DNA from: Bdellovibrionales bacterium
GTDB taxonomy: Bacteria > Bdellovibrionota > Bdellovibrionia > Bdellovibrionales > UBA1609
Reading direction: 5' to 3'
Assembly: GCA_965199825.1 (NCBI GenBank)
Contig: OZ241329.1
Coordinates: forward strand, 128,001 to 192,000
DNA length: 64,000 nt
Notes under the pieces: generated by a model
What the model saw: the letters and a program-made list of their open reading frames with translations, nothing else
Database searches by the model: none
Told to the model about the DNA's origin: nothing
Translations under genes and position numbers: made by a program
Shown here: positions 9,360 through 19,578 of the stretch, piece by piece
Layout of the letters: every line of letters starts with the position of its first letter
How positions within the stretch are numbered: the first letter of the stretch is position 1

Positions 9360-11207
9360 ATGCCTTCGCACACATTTCGTCGCACCTCTTATTTTTATCT
9401 CCAAATTTGGCACAGGCTCTCGCCTCACCTTGGAATTCTTGTTCGTGCAGCAGTGTGCTGGGGGATTGGTCTTGTAGTCCTGCTCTTTGATCGACCTAGC
9501 CAGTTTGATCGGCGATTTGACTTTCGTGGCCGACAGCGTGTGGATGCCAATGTGGTTTTGATCCAATTTACTCCGAATGAATGGAGTGAGCTCAACGGAC
9601 TTAAAGGTCGATTATTAAGACCTCTTAAAGAGATGCTTGTTGTTGGCGACAATTTTTTTTGGAAAGAAGATGTCTGGCACACCCTGCTTGAACGCATCTT
9701 GCGCAACCATCCCAAAGCCATCGTAAATACCTTTTTTTTCGACTCACAAATTTTTGCCAACAAAACAGATTCTGTTTTTTGCGATGACCGGGTGATCTGG
9801 GCAGCAAACCTCGATAATTTTGGCCGTTTGCTGATGCCGTTTTTTGCCAATAACTATGGCGACAATGTGGGTACGGTTGAACTTCCTCTTGATGACGATC
9901 GAGTGGTCAGACGTTTTAGTTCACCTTTGTTGCAAGTTCCAAACATCGCTCATCGCACGGGCGAAAAGATCGGCACACCGTTTTTGCGTGAGACCCTTCC
10001 CTCGGGGGAATCAAAATTAATTAATTTTAGAGGACCTCAAAATACTTTTCCCTCGTTTTCACTCACCCAGATTTTTGATAATAAATTTCCCGAAGATTAT
10101 TTTGCCGGTAAAATTGTGGTGCTCGGAGTGAAAGATTCTGGCGCCCACGAGATGCAAACTCCGGTTGGCGAGATGAGTAGCAGCGAAATTTACGCCAATA
10201 TTTTTGATAATCTTGAGACCTCACGTTGGATCAAGCCGGTGCCAATTGCGATCGTTCTTGCGTATCTCGCCCTCTTAGTCGGCCTTGCGATTGTATTGTT
10301 ACTTCGCTATCCGCAAATTGTTTCGTCTTCGGTATTGCTCGTCGTGGCACTCGTGATTTTAACATTTTCACTTTATCTGTTTGATGCCTTTGCGATTTGG
10401 CTTCCGGTGATTTCTCCATTAAGCGCTCTGTTTTCGACCTACATGGTTTTTGTGAGTTACCAACTGACACTTAAAGAAAATATGAATTGGCGACTCGAGC
10501 AAGAACGCCGCAATTTTTTACAGCTCGAAACAATGAAAAATAATTTTTTATCTTTAATCAGTCATGATCTTAAAACACCCATCGCCAAGATCCAGGCGAT
10601 TTGTGATCGGTTGATGAACGAAGGTGTGGTGAGCGAAGGTTTAAAAGGAATTCGCAAAGAGAGTATGGAACTCTATCGTTATATTCAGAGCATTTTACAA
10701 ATCAGTCGGGTTGAAAGTAATGCGCTTAAATTAAGACGCGACGCTGTCGATTTGAATGTTTTAATCGAACGTGTGGCCGAACTTCTGCGCCCTCTCGCCA
10801 ACGAGAAGCAAATACAAATAACTCTTATTTTAGAACCACTTTTTACCATCGAAGCCGATGCGTCTTTGATCCAAGAAGTGACTTTAAATCTTGTTGAAAA
10901 TGCAATTAAGTATTCACCGACCCACTCCGAGATTAAAATCTACTCCGAAGAGCAAAAAGATCTGATCAAAGTGACGGTGGTCGATCAGGGGCCCGGCGTC
11001 CCCAACGATGAGGTCGAAAAAATCTTTCAAAAATTTTATCGCGGAAAAAAACAAATCCACTCTTCAACTGGCACGGGACTTGGACTGTATCTCGTGAAGT
11101 ATTTTATTGAGCTGCACGGCGGAGTCGTTTTTATGGAAAACATTCCCGATCACAGTTTCTCGATTGGGTATACGCTTCCCCTCGAAAACGATTCTGACCA
11201 CGCCTAA
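9360..11207 (+). CDS. CHASE2-domain sensor histidine kinase
   Basis: CHASE2-like periplasmic region (DDDRVVRR, GKIVVLG), 3 TMs, SHDLKTP H-box, GTGLGL; start uncertain. Confidence 0.85.
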   Translation: MPSHTFRRTSYFYLQIWHRLSPHLGILVRAAVCWGIGLVVLLFDRPSQFDRRFDFRGRQRVDANVVLIQFTPNEWSELNGLKGRLLRPLKEMLVVGDNFFWKEDVWHTLLERILRNHPKAIVNTFFFDSQIFANKTDSVFCDDRVIWAANLDNFGRLLMPFFANNYGDNVGTVELPLDDDRVVRRFSSPLLQVPNIAHRTGEKIGTPFLRETLPSGESKLINFRGPQNTFPSFSLTQIFDNKFPEDYFAGKIVVLGVKDSGAHEMQTPVGEMSSSEIYANIFDNLETSRWIKPVPIAIVLAYLALLVGLAIVLLLRYPQIVSSSVLLVVALVILTFSLYLFDAFAIWLPVISPLSALFSTYMVFVSYQLTLKENMNWRLEQERRNFLQLETMKNNFLSLISHDLKTPIAKIQAICDRLMNEGVVSEGLKGIRKESMELYRYIQSILQISRVESNALKLRRDAVDLNVLIERVAELLRPLANEKQIQITLILEPLFTIEADASLIQEVTLNLVENAIKYSPTHSEIKIYSEEQKDLIKVTVVDQGPGVPNDEVEKIFQKFYRGKKQIHSSTGTGLGLYLVKYFIELHGGVVFMENIPDHSFSIGYTLPLENDSDHA

Positions 11208-11219
11208 AGGAGTTAAGTA

Positions 11220-12626
11220 GTGACCAAGTTAAATGTATTGATTGTTGATGATGAGACCGAACTACGTAAATCGGTCGGAACCATTTTGAAACAAAGTTTG
11301 CCCGAGTTTGAGTTTTTTATAGCTGAGGCCACCAATGGTCGCGAGGCTGTGGATCTCGTTGGCTCCTCATCCTTTGATCTTGTTTTGATGGATGTTCGTA
11401 TGCCTGAGATGGACGGTCTTGAGGCTCTAAATGCGATCAAAGCCAAGGACCCCCGTGTGTTTGTGGTGATCATGACCGCACACGCGAACTTGACCGATGC
11501 GGTTCGAGCGATTCGCGAAGGTGCCTATGATTATGTTGAAAAACCAGTTCAACCCGATCGTTTGGTTCATATCGTTAAAAAAGCAATCGAGACCCAAGCG
11601 ATGGTCTCTGACTTAACAGTTGCGAGTCCTATTTTTGATGACGACGTGGATTCTGAATTTGTTGGATCAAATCAAAAAATGCGTGAAGTGTTTCACTTGA
11701 TCAATAAATTGAGCCATGTCGATACCACCGTGATGATTCGCGGTGAGAATGGCACAGGCAAAGAGCTTGTGGCAAAAGCGATTCACCAAAATTCTCCGCG
11801 CAAAGATGGCCAGTTTATCGCCATCAACTGCGGCGCCATTCCTGAGGGATTAATGGAGAGCGAACTTTTCGGTCATGAACGTGGTGCATTTACGGATGCT
11901 ATCGAACGTAAGATCGGCAAATTTCAATTGGCTACGCATGGAACTTTGTTTCTTGATGAGATCGCTGAATTAAAACCCGAAATGCAGGTCAAACTCCTTC
12001 GTGTCCTTCAAGAAAAAATATTTACTCCAGTTGGAGCCAATCGCGAAATCAAGAGCAATGCTCGAGTGATCGCGGCGACTAATCGCAATCTTGAAAAAAT
12101 GATTGAAGACGGCGAATTTAGAGAAGATTTATTTTATCGCCTCAATGTGATGCCCATCTTTTTGCCTCCTTTGCGTGATCGCACCGATGATCTTTCGCAA
12201 TTGATCGAATATTTCATCCGTAAATTTAACACCGCCCAAGGTCGATCGATCAATGGCGTTGCAGGTGATGCACTCCAAGCAATGAGAGCGTATCGCTGGC
12301 CCGGAAATATTCGCGAACTCGAGAATGTGATTGAGCGCGCTTTCGTGGTCGAAACAGGAGAGATCATCACCTTGGCTTCTTTACCCGAAGCGGTGCTGAC
12401 GCCTTCGCATGAATTTGGATTTGAATTACCAAAAAATTATTCAGGCCCAATGGATTTTGATCGATTTAAATCTCAGACCGAAAAAGAGTTTATCGTTCAG
12501 GCTCTTAAGGCCAACCGCGGTCGCATCAACAAGACGGTGGCCACTGCAAATATTCCGAAGAATACTCTTCTTCGAAAAATTCGTAAGTACGCCATCAATG
12601 TGAAAGAACTTGCTCAACAGCAGTAA
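11220..12626 (+). CDS. sigma54-dependent response regulator (NtrC family)
   Basis: REC domain, GENGTGKE, GAFTDA, WPGNIRELEN, C-terminal HTH. Confidence 0.92.
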   Translation: MTKLNVLIVDDETELRKSVGTILKQSLPEFEFFIAEATNGREAVDLVGSSSFDLVLMDVRMPEMDGLEALNAIKAKDPRVFVVIMTAHANLTDAVRAIREGAYDYVEKPVQPDRLVHIVKKAIETQAMVSDLTVASPIFDDDVDSEFVGSNQKMREVFHLINKLSHVDTTVMIRGENGTGKELVAKAIHQNSPRKDGQFIAINCGAIPEGLMESELFGHERGAFTDAIERKIGKFQLATHGTLFLDEIAELKPEMQVKLLRVLQEKIFTPVGANREIKSNARVIAATNRNLEKMIEDGEFREDLFYRLNVMPIFLPPLRDRTDDLSQLIEYFIRKFNTAQGRSINGVAGDALQAMRAYRWPGNIRELENVIERAFVVETGEIITLASLPEAVLTPSHEFGFELPKNYSGPMDFDRFKSQTEKEFIVQALKANRGRINKTVATANIPKNTLLRKIRKYAINVKELAQQQ

Positions 12627-12646
12627 GACATTGGTCTAATAAAGGT

Positions 12647-12673
12647 AGAGCGTTTCAAAATCTGAGGCGCTCT
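12647..12673. other. intergenic hairpin (possible terminator)
   Basis: AGAGCGTTTCA/TGAGGCGCTCT arms after the regulator stop; weak U-tract. Confidence 0.35.
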
Positions 12674-12690
12674 TAACGTAAAATAAGGCA

Positions 12691-13827
12691 ATGAGACAAA
12701 CCCATTGCCGTTTTTTTTCTGGCTACAAACCCTGTGGCAAAAACCCAATTTGCTCCGAAGATTGCAGTTTTAAAAGTATTCCTAATACCCGAATCTTGAT
12801 CATTAGCCTTGAGGCCATGGGTGCGGTTTTACGCAGTACTGTTATTTTAGAACCACTCAAAAAGAAATATCCCGAAAGTCATATCACTTGGATCACAGAG
12901 CCCTCGGCACTTGGTTTATTGCAGAACAATCCCCTGATTGATCGATTGACCTCGGTGCCAAATCTTTTGGATCTTGAGGCATTGGAATTTGATATTGCCT
13001 ATGTGGTCGACAAATCTCTTAGAGCTCAAGGAATTTTAAGTCGCATAAAAACAAAATCAGTTTATGGGTTCCGTGCAGACAAGCGCTCCGGCGCAATCTT
13101 ACCCGCATCTCTCGCGGCCAAAGAATTATGGGAAATCGGATTATCGAATCAAAAGAAATTTTTTGAAAATAAAAAGCCAGAAACTCAATTGTTGATTGAA
13201 GCTTTAGAACTCGGGCCCTTTGAGCGCTCCCCTTATGTACTAAAACTATCACCTCAAGAGCAGCGCGAAGCCGTTAAGCGCAAAAACTTATGGAATGGCA
13301 CTCCCTTGATTGGAATAAATATGGGAGCAAGCAATGTGATTCCGTATAAAAAATGGACCAAGGAATTTCAACGCGAACTCTGTCAGGCCCTGCCCTTTCA
13401 GATTGTTCTTCTTGGTGGACCCGATGAAAAACCGATGGCCGAATTTATTTCTAATGGGTTAGAGCATGTGCATGTGTCGCCTCTCGAAAATGGGGTGCGC
13501 GACGGAGTGATCAGTTTATCTGCGTGTGATCTGATTGTGTCTGGCGACAGTTTAGGAATGCATCTTGGCATTGCGCTCAAAAAATATGTTATCGCCTGGT
13601 TTGGGCCAACCTGCGAGCAAGAAATTGATTTGTATGATCGAGGCCAAAAATTGTTGAGTGCTGCACCTTGCAGCCCGTGTTGGAAGAGACATTGTGAACA
13701 ACCCTTGATGTGCTATGATCAGGTGGCTCTTAAAGATGTGATTGCAGCAATTTATAAGGGACTTGAGTGCCAAACTTACTTATCCAAACCGCTTTTCTCG
13801 GAGACCTCCTTCTCGCAATCCCTTTAA
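12691..13827 (+). CDS. glycosyltransferase family 9 (LPS heptosyltransferase-like)
   Basis: AMGAVL, SGDSLGMHLG, WFGPT, CSPCWK. Confidence 0.88.
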   Translation: MRQTHCRFFSGYKPCGKNPICSEDCSFKSIPNTRILIISLEAMGAVLRSTVILEPLKKKYPESHITWITEPSALGLLQNNPLIDRLTSVPNLLDLEALEFDIAYVVDKSLRAQGILSRIKTKSVYGFRADKRSGAILPASLAAKELWEIGLSNQKKFFENKKPETQLLIEALELGPFERSPYVLKLSPQEQREAVKRKNLWNGTPLIGINMGASNVIPYKKWTKEFQRELCQALPFQIVLLGGPDEKPMAEFISNGLEHVHVSPLENGVRDGVISLSACDLIVSGDSLGMHLGIALKKYVIAWFGPTCEQEIDLYDRGQKLLSAAPCSPCWKRHCEQPLMCYDQVALKDVIAAIYKGLECQTYLSKPLFSETSFSQSL

Positions 13828-14786
13828 TCCGGGCTATCAAAAAAAAGTATCAACAACCATTGTTTATCGTGTGTCGCAAAGGTCTAGGGCAATTGCTGCT
13901 CGATCTTAAATTGTGCGACAAAGTTTTTGAAGTCGAACGCGGAAATGGGAAAGATAAAAATCAGGTTTTTAAAAATCTAAAATCGTTAAAATTTGATTTG
14001 ATCTTTTGTCCTCATCAATCTTTTAGAACAGCGCGACTTGTAAGCCAATTGAGTGCAAATCAAAAAATCGGATTTTATCGTTGGTGGAATTTTTTGAACT
14101 TTGACGTTCGGATCAAAAGAGATCCCACCCTTCCCGATGCACTGAGGCAATTGTCTTTGATTGAACACCCCATCAGCGTTCCCAACCTTAAAACCCGGAC
14201 GACAGTGATCTTTAATTCTTTAGTCCCTTCGCCAATGAAATTGCTGAGCGAAACCACAAAAACAAAAACGATTTTAATTTCACCCGGAAGTGTTTGGCCG
14301 ACCAAGCGATGGACGCTACAGGGATTCAAAGAGCTTGTGATCAAACTCAAAGATCTTGACCACTCGGTTGTCATCATCGGCAGTCCTGATGAGAAAATTT
14401 TGTGTGAAGAGGTCGCACAAGGGTTGGTCGAAAATAAAGCGGGCCAGTTGAGTTTGACCGAACTCGTCCATCTGATGGCAAAATCTCAAGTGCTTGTTAC
14501 CAATGACAGTGGAGCGATGCATTTGGCAAGTGTGGCAGGTTTAAAAACGGTTGCGATGTTTGGGCCGACTGTATTGGATTTTGGGTATCGCCCTTGGCAA
14601 GATCAGGCAATCGTTGTTCAACAAGATCTTGGGTGCAGACCTTGCGCAAAGCATGGTGGGCTTAAGTGTCCTTTGGGTCATCATCACTGCATGACCCAGA
14701 TCAGTTCGGATCGGGTCTTAGGGCACATCCTTACCCTTATCAATTCCGACGACTTTGGCCACCAGAGTTCCAATCTTAATCACTGA
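13767..14786 (+). CDS. glycosyltransferase family 9 (WaaF-like heptosyltransferase)
   Basis: QTAFLGD, PGSVWPTKRW, NDSGAMHLA, FGPT. Confidence 0.9.
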   Translation: MPNLLIQTAFLGDLLLAIPLIRAIKKKYQQPLFIVCRKGLGQLLLDLKLCDKVFEVERGNGKDKNQVFKNLKSLKFDLIFCPHQSFRTARLVSQLSANQKIGFYRWWNFLNFDVRIKRDPTLPDALRQLSLIEHPISVPNLKTRTTVIFNSLVPSPMKLLSETTKTKTILISPGSVWPTKRWTLQGFKELVIKLKDLDHSVVIIGSPDEKILCEEVAQGLVENKAGQLSLTELVHLMAKSQVLVTNDSGAMHLASVAGLKTVAMFGPTVLDFGYRPWQDQAIVVQQDLGCRPCAKHGGLKCPLGHHHCMTQISSDRVLGHILTLINSDDFGHQSSNLNH

Positions 14787-15728
14787 CTCGATTCGTACGA
14801 TCATTTTTCGATCATCATCGGTCACATAAAATAGAATTTCGCCGACCGGTTTAAAAAATCCATCGATCTGAAAATCGGGTTTGATCACCACAGTTTTAAT
14901 CACACCCACATCGGTGCTCAAGATTTCTTGTCGCAACACATGGCCGTTAAATACGATATTCTTACCTTCGTCCACCAATCGGAAATGGATAGTCTTACCC
15001 GGTATCAAAGTAAAATTTCGCATGTAGTAAGCAGCGCTGATGATGTTTTGCGAAAAAGGCAAAACCGCCCAATCCATTTTTTTCTTTTCCTCGCCATTAT
15101 CTTTCGAAACTTTCTTTTCCCAATAATCGGCAGTGAGTTTTTCATGATCAATAATCGAGCGAATCTCTTTGAGCTGCTTACTCTCTTTGACATGGACTTC
15201 TAAATTTTGGGGAAGAAGAGTTTCGTAATCGACATAAGTATCAGCAACATCGTCAACACTGTAAAAGCGCGAAAAAAAATCGTTACTCTTTGCTGTAATT
15301 TGAAAATGATAAGCTTTTTTGCCGTTCACTTCGACAAAGGGCATCACTTTGATTTTGAGATGACCCGCGGTCATTCGGAGATAGGTGATCGCGAGATCTA
15401 CCTCCTCGCCCACACGAAATGGATCCTTGATTGGACGGCGGCCCGCAAAACCCTCGGTCTCTTCGATACTCGGCTCGCGGCCCTTTGGAGCTTCCGGCAC
15501 AATCAGCTTTCCTTTTTTTGCACGTTTTTTAAATGGCTTTGCCTTTACGACTCGGAGCTTGGGTTGTGGAGTGTCCGAGGGGAGAGGTGCGGGCTCGCCG
15601 ATTTCACGAATCATCAATTTTTTATCGTACTCGTCGTTGGACTCAAGAAGTTTGACGTTGTCGTATTTTGGCGCCCGATCAGCGCAACCCATAAAAAACA
15701 AAATCACAGAAATAAATAAAAAACGCAT
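14718..15728 (-). CDS. DUF3108-like lipoprotein
   Basis: Lipobox FFMGC; PFRVGE...Y and YVTDDDRK motifs typical of DUF3108. Confidence 0.7.
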   Translation of the reverse strand: MRFLFISVILFFMGCADRAPKYDNVKLLESNDEYDKKLMIREIGEPAPLPSDTPQPKLRVVKAKPFKKRAKKGKLIVPEAPKGREPSIEETEGFAGRRPIKDPFRVGEEVDLAITYLRMTAGHLKIKVMPFVEVNGKKAYHFQITAKSNDFFSRFYSVDDVADTYVDYETLLPQNLEVHVKESKQLKEIRSIIDHEKLTADYWEKKVSKDNGEEKKKMDWAVLPFSQNIISAAYYMRNFTLIPGKTIHFRLVDEGKNIVFNGHVLRQEILSTDVGVIKTVVIKPDFQIDGFFKPVGEILFYVTDDDRKMIVRIESVIKIGTLVAKVVGIDKGKDVP

Positions 15729-15739
15729 GGTGCCCCCAC

Positions 15740-16615
15740 CTACTCATCAAAATTTTTCCAGCGCCGATGTATCCACATCCATTGTGTTGGATATTTAAGG
15801 ATAAACTGTTCCAGTCGATCCGAATACTTTTGTGTCATTTTTTGTATGGTCTCTTGTTCGGTCGCACTCGTTTCAAACGGAATCTCTGGTCCAAACACAA
15901 CCACATTTCGATTCTGATCATCCACATAGGTATAACAAGTAATAACTGGTGCTTCTGACCTTTGGGCTAGTACCGCTAAACCCATTGCTGTGCCAGTATC
16001 ATGTCCAAAAAATTTGGTTTTGCAGCCAATCGGCTTACCCATGTATTGATCAAGAACAAAGACCACCAGTTTGTTTTTTTTAAGGGCCTTTAAAATTTGG
16101 TAGGCGGTGTTGCGAGGCGGAATAAAAACGGTTCCCAACCGTTCGCGCACATGAAGCAGCATTTGATTAAGCCAACCCACAGACATTTCTTTTGCAACCA
16201 GGTACATCGGGTAGCCCTTTACAGACATCGCACCAATACCTAAATCACCGTTTCCTAAATGCAGGGTTAAAATAAAAACGCCTTTGTTTTTTTGTGAAGC
16301 GATCTCAATATTTTCTAGCCCCTCAAAAATAAATTTTTTATTCACCCGGTCTAAATTTAAAAATGGCATTTCGGCATAACTCAATAGTGAGCGGCCCAAA
16401 AACCGCAAATTCGCGGCACCCATTGCCTCAAGCTCTTGATCTGATTTTTGTGGAAAGGCTTTACGTAAATTCTCGATCACAATTTTTCGACGGATTCGGA
16501 ACACATCCCACCATAAAAATCCGATGGTGGTTCCCACAAAATTTGAAACCCACGGCGGAGAATAAACCAGGATAAAACTAATCCCGCGAAAGAATAAGCC
16601 GATCAATTTCTTCAT
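15740..16615 (-). CDS. lipid A late acyltransferase (LpxL/HtrB family)
   Basis: HLGNGD, DQ motif, YPTQWMWIHRRWK. Confidence 0.9.
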   Translation of the reverse strand: MKKLIGLFFRGISFILVYSPPWVSNFVGTTIGFLWWDVFRIRRKIVIENLRKAFPQKSDQELEAMGAANLRFLGRSLLSYAEMPFLNLDRVNKKFIFEGLENIEIASQKNKGVFILTLHLGNGDLGIGAMSVKGYPMYLVAKEMSVGWLNQMLLHVRERLGTVFIPPRNTAYQILKALKKNKLVVFVLDQYMGKPIGCKTKFFGHDTGTAMGLAVLAQRSEAPVITCYTYVDDQNRNVVVFGPEIPFETSATEQETIQKMTQKYSDRLEQFILKYPTQWMWIHRRWKNFDE

Positions 16616-17504
16616 AGAGCTCCGTCATCGCATCTGAAGGATTCAGCCTAATAGGCAACACCGCCCAACGAGAAGAATCAAATTTTAATTTTTGAATTTT
16701 AACTTCGTCTTTTTCGGTTGTGACAAAAAAAGATTCCGATTTTTCGAGCCGATCAATATCGGATTGTTTGTAGCTGTAGTGATCGCTAAATCGCGCAACC
16801 CCCACTAGAGGAAGGTTCAGATTTTTTTCAAACGATTGGGGATTTCCAATCGCACTCACAGCCATCAACTTCTCGAGCTTTAAAAATGGCTTTGAAGATC
16901 CTAAATAGCGCAAGGGCTGACCTTTGGTTTTGCACTCGATAACAGTGCCTTTAAATTTGATCTGCGGACTCAAATTTTGATTGAGCTCGGCGCGAGTCAA
17001 TACCAAAAAATGGGCTCTCTCTAATCCTGCTAAAGATTCACGGCCTAAACCAAACGGAAAGGGCCTCAAATGCCAAAGTGGTTTGGAGGAATCAATCAGC
17101 ACGATATCTAAATTGCGCTTCAAATTTCGATGTTGAAAGGCATCATCGGCAATAATCAATTGGGTTTTGGGATAAGTCGCAATCAAATTTTGTGCAGCCT
17201 CAACACGCCTTGAACCAACATAAACAATAGCATTGGGGTATGTTTTTTTAATCAGTGAGGGCTCATCACCATAGCGAAGGCTATCAGAAGATTGAACTTC
17301 TAAAACGCCGGTTGATTGTCGCTTGTACCCGCGAGAAACAACGCCCACCGCAATATTTTTTATTTTGCAGTACTCAAGTAAGAGCTGCACAAATGGGGTC
17401 TTGCCCGTTCCCCCAAAGGTGAGGTTGCCAACACTGATAACGGGCCGATCCACCGAAATTTGTTTAAGCCAACTGTTGTCGTAAAGCCAGTTTCGCAAAC
17501 TCAT
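16578..17504 (-). CDS. lpxK: tetraacyldisaccharide 4'-kinase
   Basis: VGNLTFGGTGKTP, SRGY, GDEP, DDAFQH, TTEKD. Confidence 0.95.
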   Translation of the reverse strand: MSLRNWLYDNSWLKQISVDRPVISVGNLTFGGTGKTPFVQLLLEYCKIKNIAVGVVSRGYKRQSTGVLEVQSSDSLRYGDEPSLIKKTYPNAIVYVGSRRVEAAQNLIATYPKTQLIIADDAFQHRNLKRNLDIVLIDSSKPLWHLRPFPFGLGRESLAGLERAHFLVLTRAELNQNLSPQIKFKGTVIECKTKGQPLRYLGSSKPFLKLEKLMAVSAIGNPQSFEKNLNLPLVGVARFSDHYSYKQSDIDRLEKSESFFVTTEKDEVKIQKLKFDSSRWAVLPIRLNPSDAMTELYEEIDRLILSRD

Positions 17505-18640
17505 TCAAAATAGGGCTCAAGGATTTTGGCCACACGCTGTGTTGCCCCTTTGTCGCCCAGTTTGTGCTCAGTTTCTTTTAATTCTTCGGCGGTTTTTTTG
17601 CGCACATCGGGATGGATCAAAAAGTTTTCGAGATGGTGGCTCAATGCTTCCACATTGGCCTGATCTTGAAACAGCTCGGGCACCACAAGGCGATTCAAAA
17701 TCAAATTGATCATACCAAAATAGGCCGTAGCCTTAACGAACCGTTTCGCAAAAAAGGCAGTGAAGGCATTCATGTGGTACATGATCACCATTGGTTTTTG
17801 CATCAGGCCCACCATCAAAGTTGCGGTTCCTGAGGCACAGAGAATCACGTCGGTGAGGCAAATCATTTCAAAGGGTTCTGCCTGAATCAGGCGTAAACTA
17901 AAATCGAATGCACCCAGTTGAGCCCGTACCTCTTCAAGATCAAGAGTCGGTGCAACCAACAGTGCGACTCTTAAATTTGGAATTTTTGTACAAAGATTTT
18001 GTGCGACTTTGAGCTGGGTTGCGAGATGATGTTTGATTTCGGATCTTCTCGATCCGGGCATCAGGCCGAGCACCAACTCATCGGGTTTAAAACCATAGCG
18101 CGAGCGCTTTTCGTTTAAATCTTTTTGATTAAAATATTGCGGGCCAATTTCATCAAGCAGTGGATGCCCCACAAACTCGGAAGATACCCCATACTTGTCA
18201 TAAAAAACTTTTTCGAATGGAAATAAAACCAGCATTCGGTCCACCACTTTTTTAATCTGGTGCACCCGCGAGGTGCGCCACGCCCAAACCTGTGGAGAGA
18301 TATAATAGATCACCGGAATGCCGAGCTGTTTTAGTTTTTTTGCCAGTCGTAAATTAAAATCGGGATAATCGAGCAGCAACGCGAATTTTGGTTTTCGCAG
18401 TCGCGCTTGCTCAACCAAACTATGAAAGGTTCTTCGAATCAGCGGAAAATGCTTAATGACTTCTTGCAAGCCCACAACCGCAAGATCTTCTGAACGGCCA
18501 AGACATTCAAAACCCAGGGCTTCCATATCTCGAGTGCCAATACCAAAAGGTTTTATTTTTTTATTTTGCCAGAGCTCAAGAAGTCTTTTTGCATAAAGAC
18601 TGCTCGATGCCTCGGCAGCAACAATTAAGACGGAGTCCAT
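17501..18640 (-). CDS. lpxB: lipid-A-disaccharide synthase
   Basis: DYPDFN, YISPQVWAWR, VGHPL, PGSR, SGTATL. Confidence 0.95.
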   Translation of the reverse strand: MDSVLIVAAEASSSLYAKRLLELWQNKKIKPFGIGTRDMEALGFECLGRSEDLAVVGLQEVIKHFPLIRRTFHSLVEQARLRKPKFALLLDYPDFNLRLAKKLKQLGIPVIYYISPQVWAWRTSRVHQIKKVVDRMLVLFPFEKVFYDKYGVSSEFVGHPLLDEIGPQYFNQKDLNEKRSRYGFKPDELVLGLMPGSRRSEIKHHLATQLKVAQNLCTKIPNLRVALLVAPTLDLEEVRAQLGAFDFSLRLIQAEPFEMICLTDVILCASGTATLMVGLMQKPMVIMYHMNAFTAFFAKRFVKATAYFGMINLILNRLVVPELFQDQANVEALSHHLENFLIHPDVRKKTAEELKETEHKLGDKGATQRVAKILEPYFE

Positions 18641-19578
18641 GTCTTTAGCCTGCGAGCGATATCTTGGTTGATTGTTTCGGCAAGGCGCAAGGCCACAAGC
18701 CCATCTTCACCCGTGACCACACACTCTTTGTTGTTGAGGACCGCATCGACAAAGGATTTTGTTTCGGCTAGCAGCGCATCGCCTTTTTCAAGGTTCCAGC
18801 TTTCGGCTTCAAGAGGCAATTCGCCATCTTTCCAATCGCCGTTTTTTGTAAGCAAATTGACTTCGCTCGTTCCAAAATCGATTGAGAGATATTGTGAGTC
18901 TTGAAACACCCTAAATTTTCTTTGCGACTTTTGTGACACTCTTGAGGCTGTGACGTTGGCCACTGTGCCCGATTCAAATTCGATCCGGGCATTGGCCATA
19001 TCGGTTGTTTTGGTGAGCACGGGTGTCCCAACCGCAGAGACTGAGGTCGGCGTGCTGCGCACAAGCGAAAGTATCACATCCAAATCATGAATCATCAAAT
19101 CAAGCACCACGTCCACATCCACACTGCGGGGTTTAAATGGAGCCAGCCGATGGCATTCAATAAATAGGGGCCGTCTGAGCTTTTCTTTTGCAGCAACCAA
19201 CGCAGGATTAAATCGCTCGACATGTCCTACTTGTAAACGTAAATTGTTTTGTCTCGCAAGACTCACCAGCTTTTCGCCCTGAGCACTTGTGGAGGTCAGC
19301 GGTTTTTCGACATGGACGTGAATGCCATTGTTCAAAAAACTTAAAGCGAGTTCGTAATGAGCGGGGGTACTTGCCGCAATCGTTACCGCATCCACTTTGC
19401 CAATCAGATCCAAATGATTTTTAAAAAATGAAACTTGAAGATCATCGGCGATAGTTTTTGATTCGGGATTAAGATCGCAAACCCCGATCAGCTCAACCTC
19501 GTCGATCGCCTTGTATTTTTGGGCATGAAATTTTCCGAGGTGACCAACTCCGACTACCGCGCACCTCAATTTTTTCAT
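18625..19578 (-). CDS. gnnA: Gfo/Idh/MocA oxidoreductase, probable UDP-GlcNAc 3-dehydrogenase GnnA
   Basis: GVGHLG, EKP, VGHVERFNPA, DLMIHD; located between lpxA and lpxB. Confidence 0.7.
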   Translation of the reverse strand: MKKLRCAVVGVGHLGKFHAQKYKAIDEVELIGVCDLNPESKTIADDLQVSFFKNHLDLIGKVDAVTIAASTPAHYELALSFLNNGIHVHVEKPLTSTSAQGEKLVSLARQNNLRLQVGHVERFNPALVAAKEKLRRPLFIECHRLAPFKPRSVDVDVVLDLMIHDLDVILSLVRSTPTSVSAVGTPVLTKTTDMANARIEFESGTVANVTASRVSQKSQRKFRVFQDSQYLSIDFGTSEVNLLTKNGDWKDGELPLEAESWNLEKGDALLAETKSFVDAVLNNKECVVTGEDGLVALRLAETINQDIARRLKTWTPS

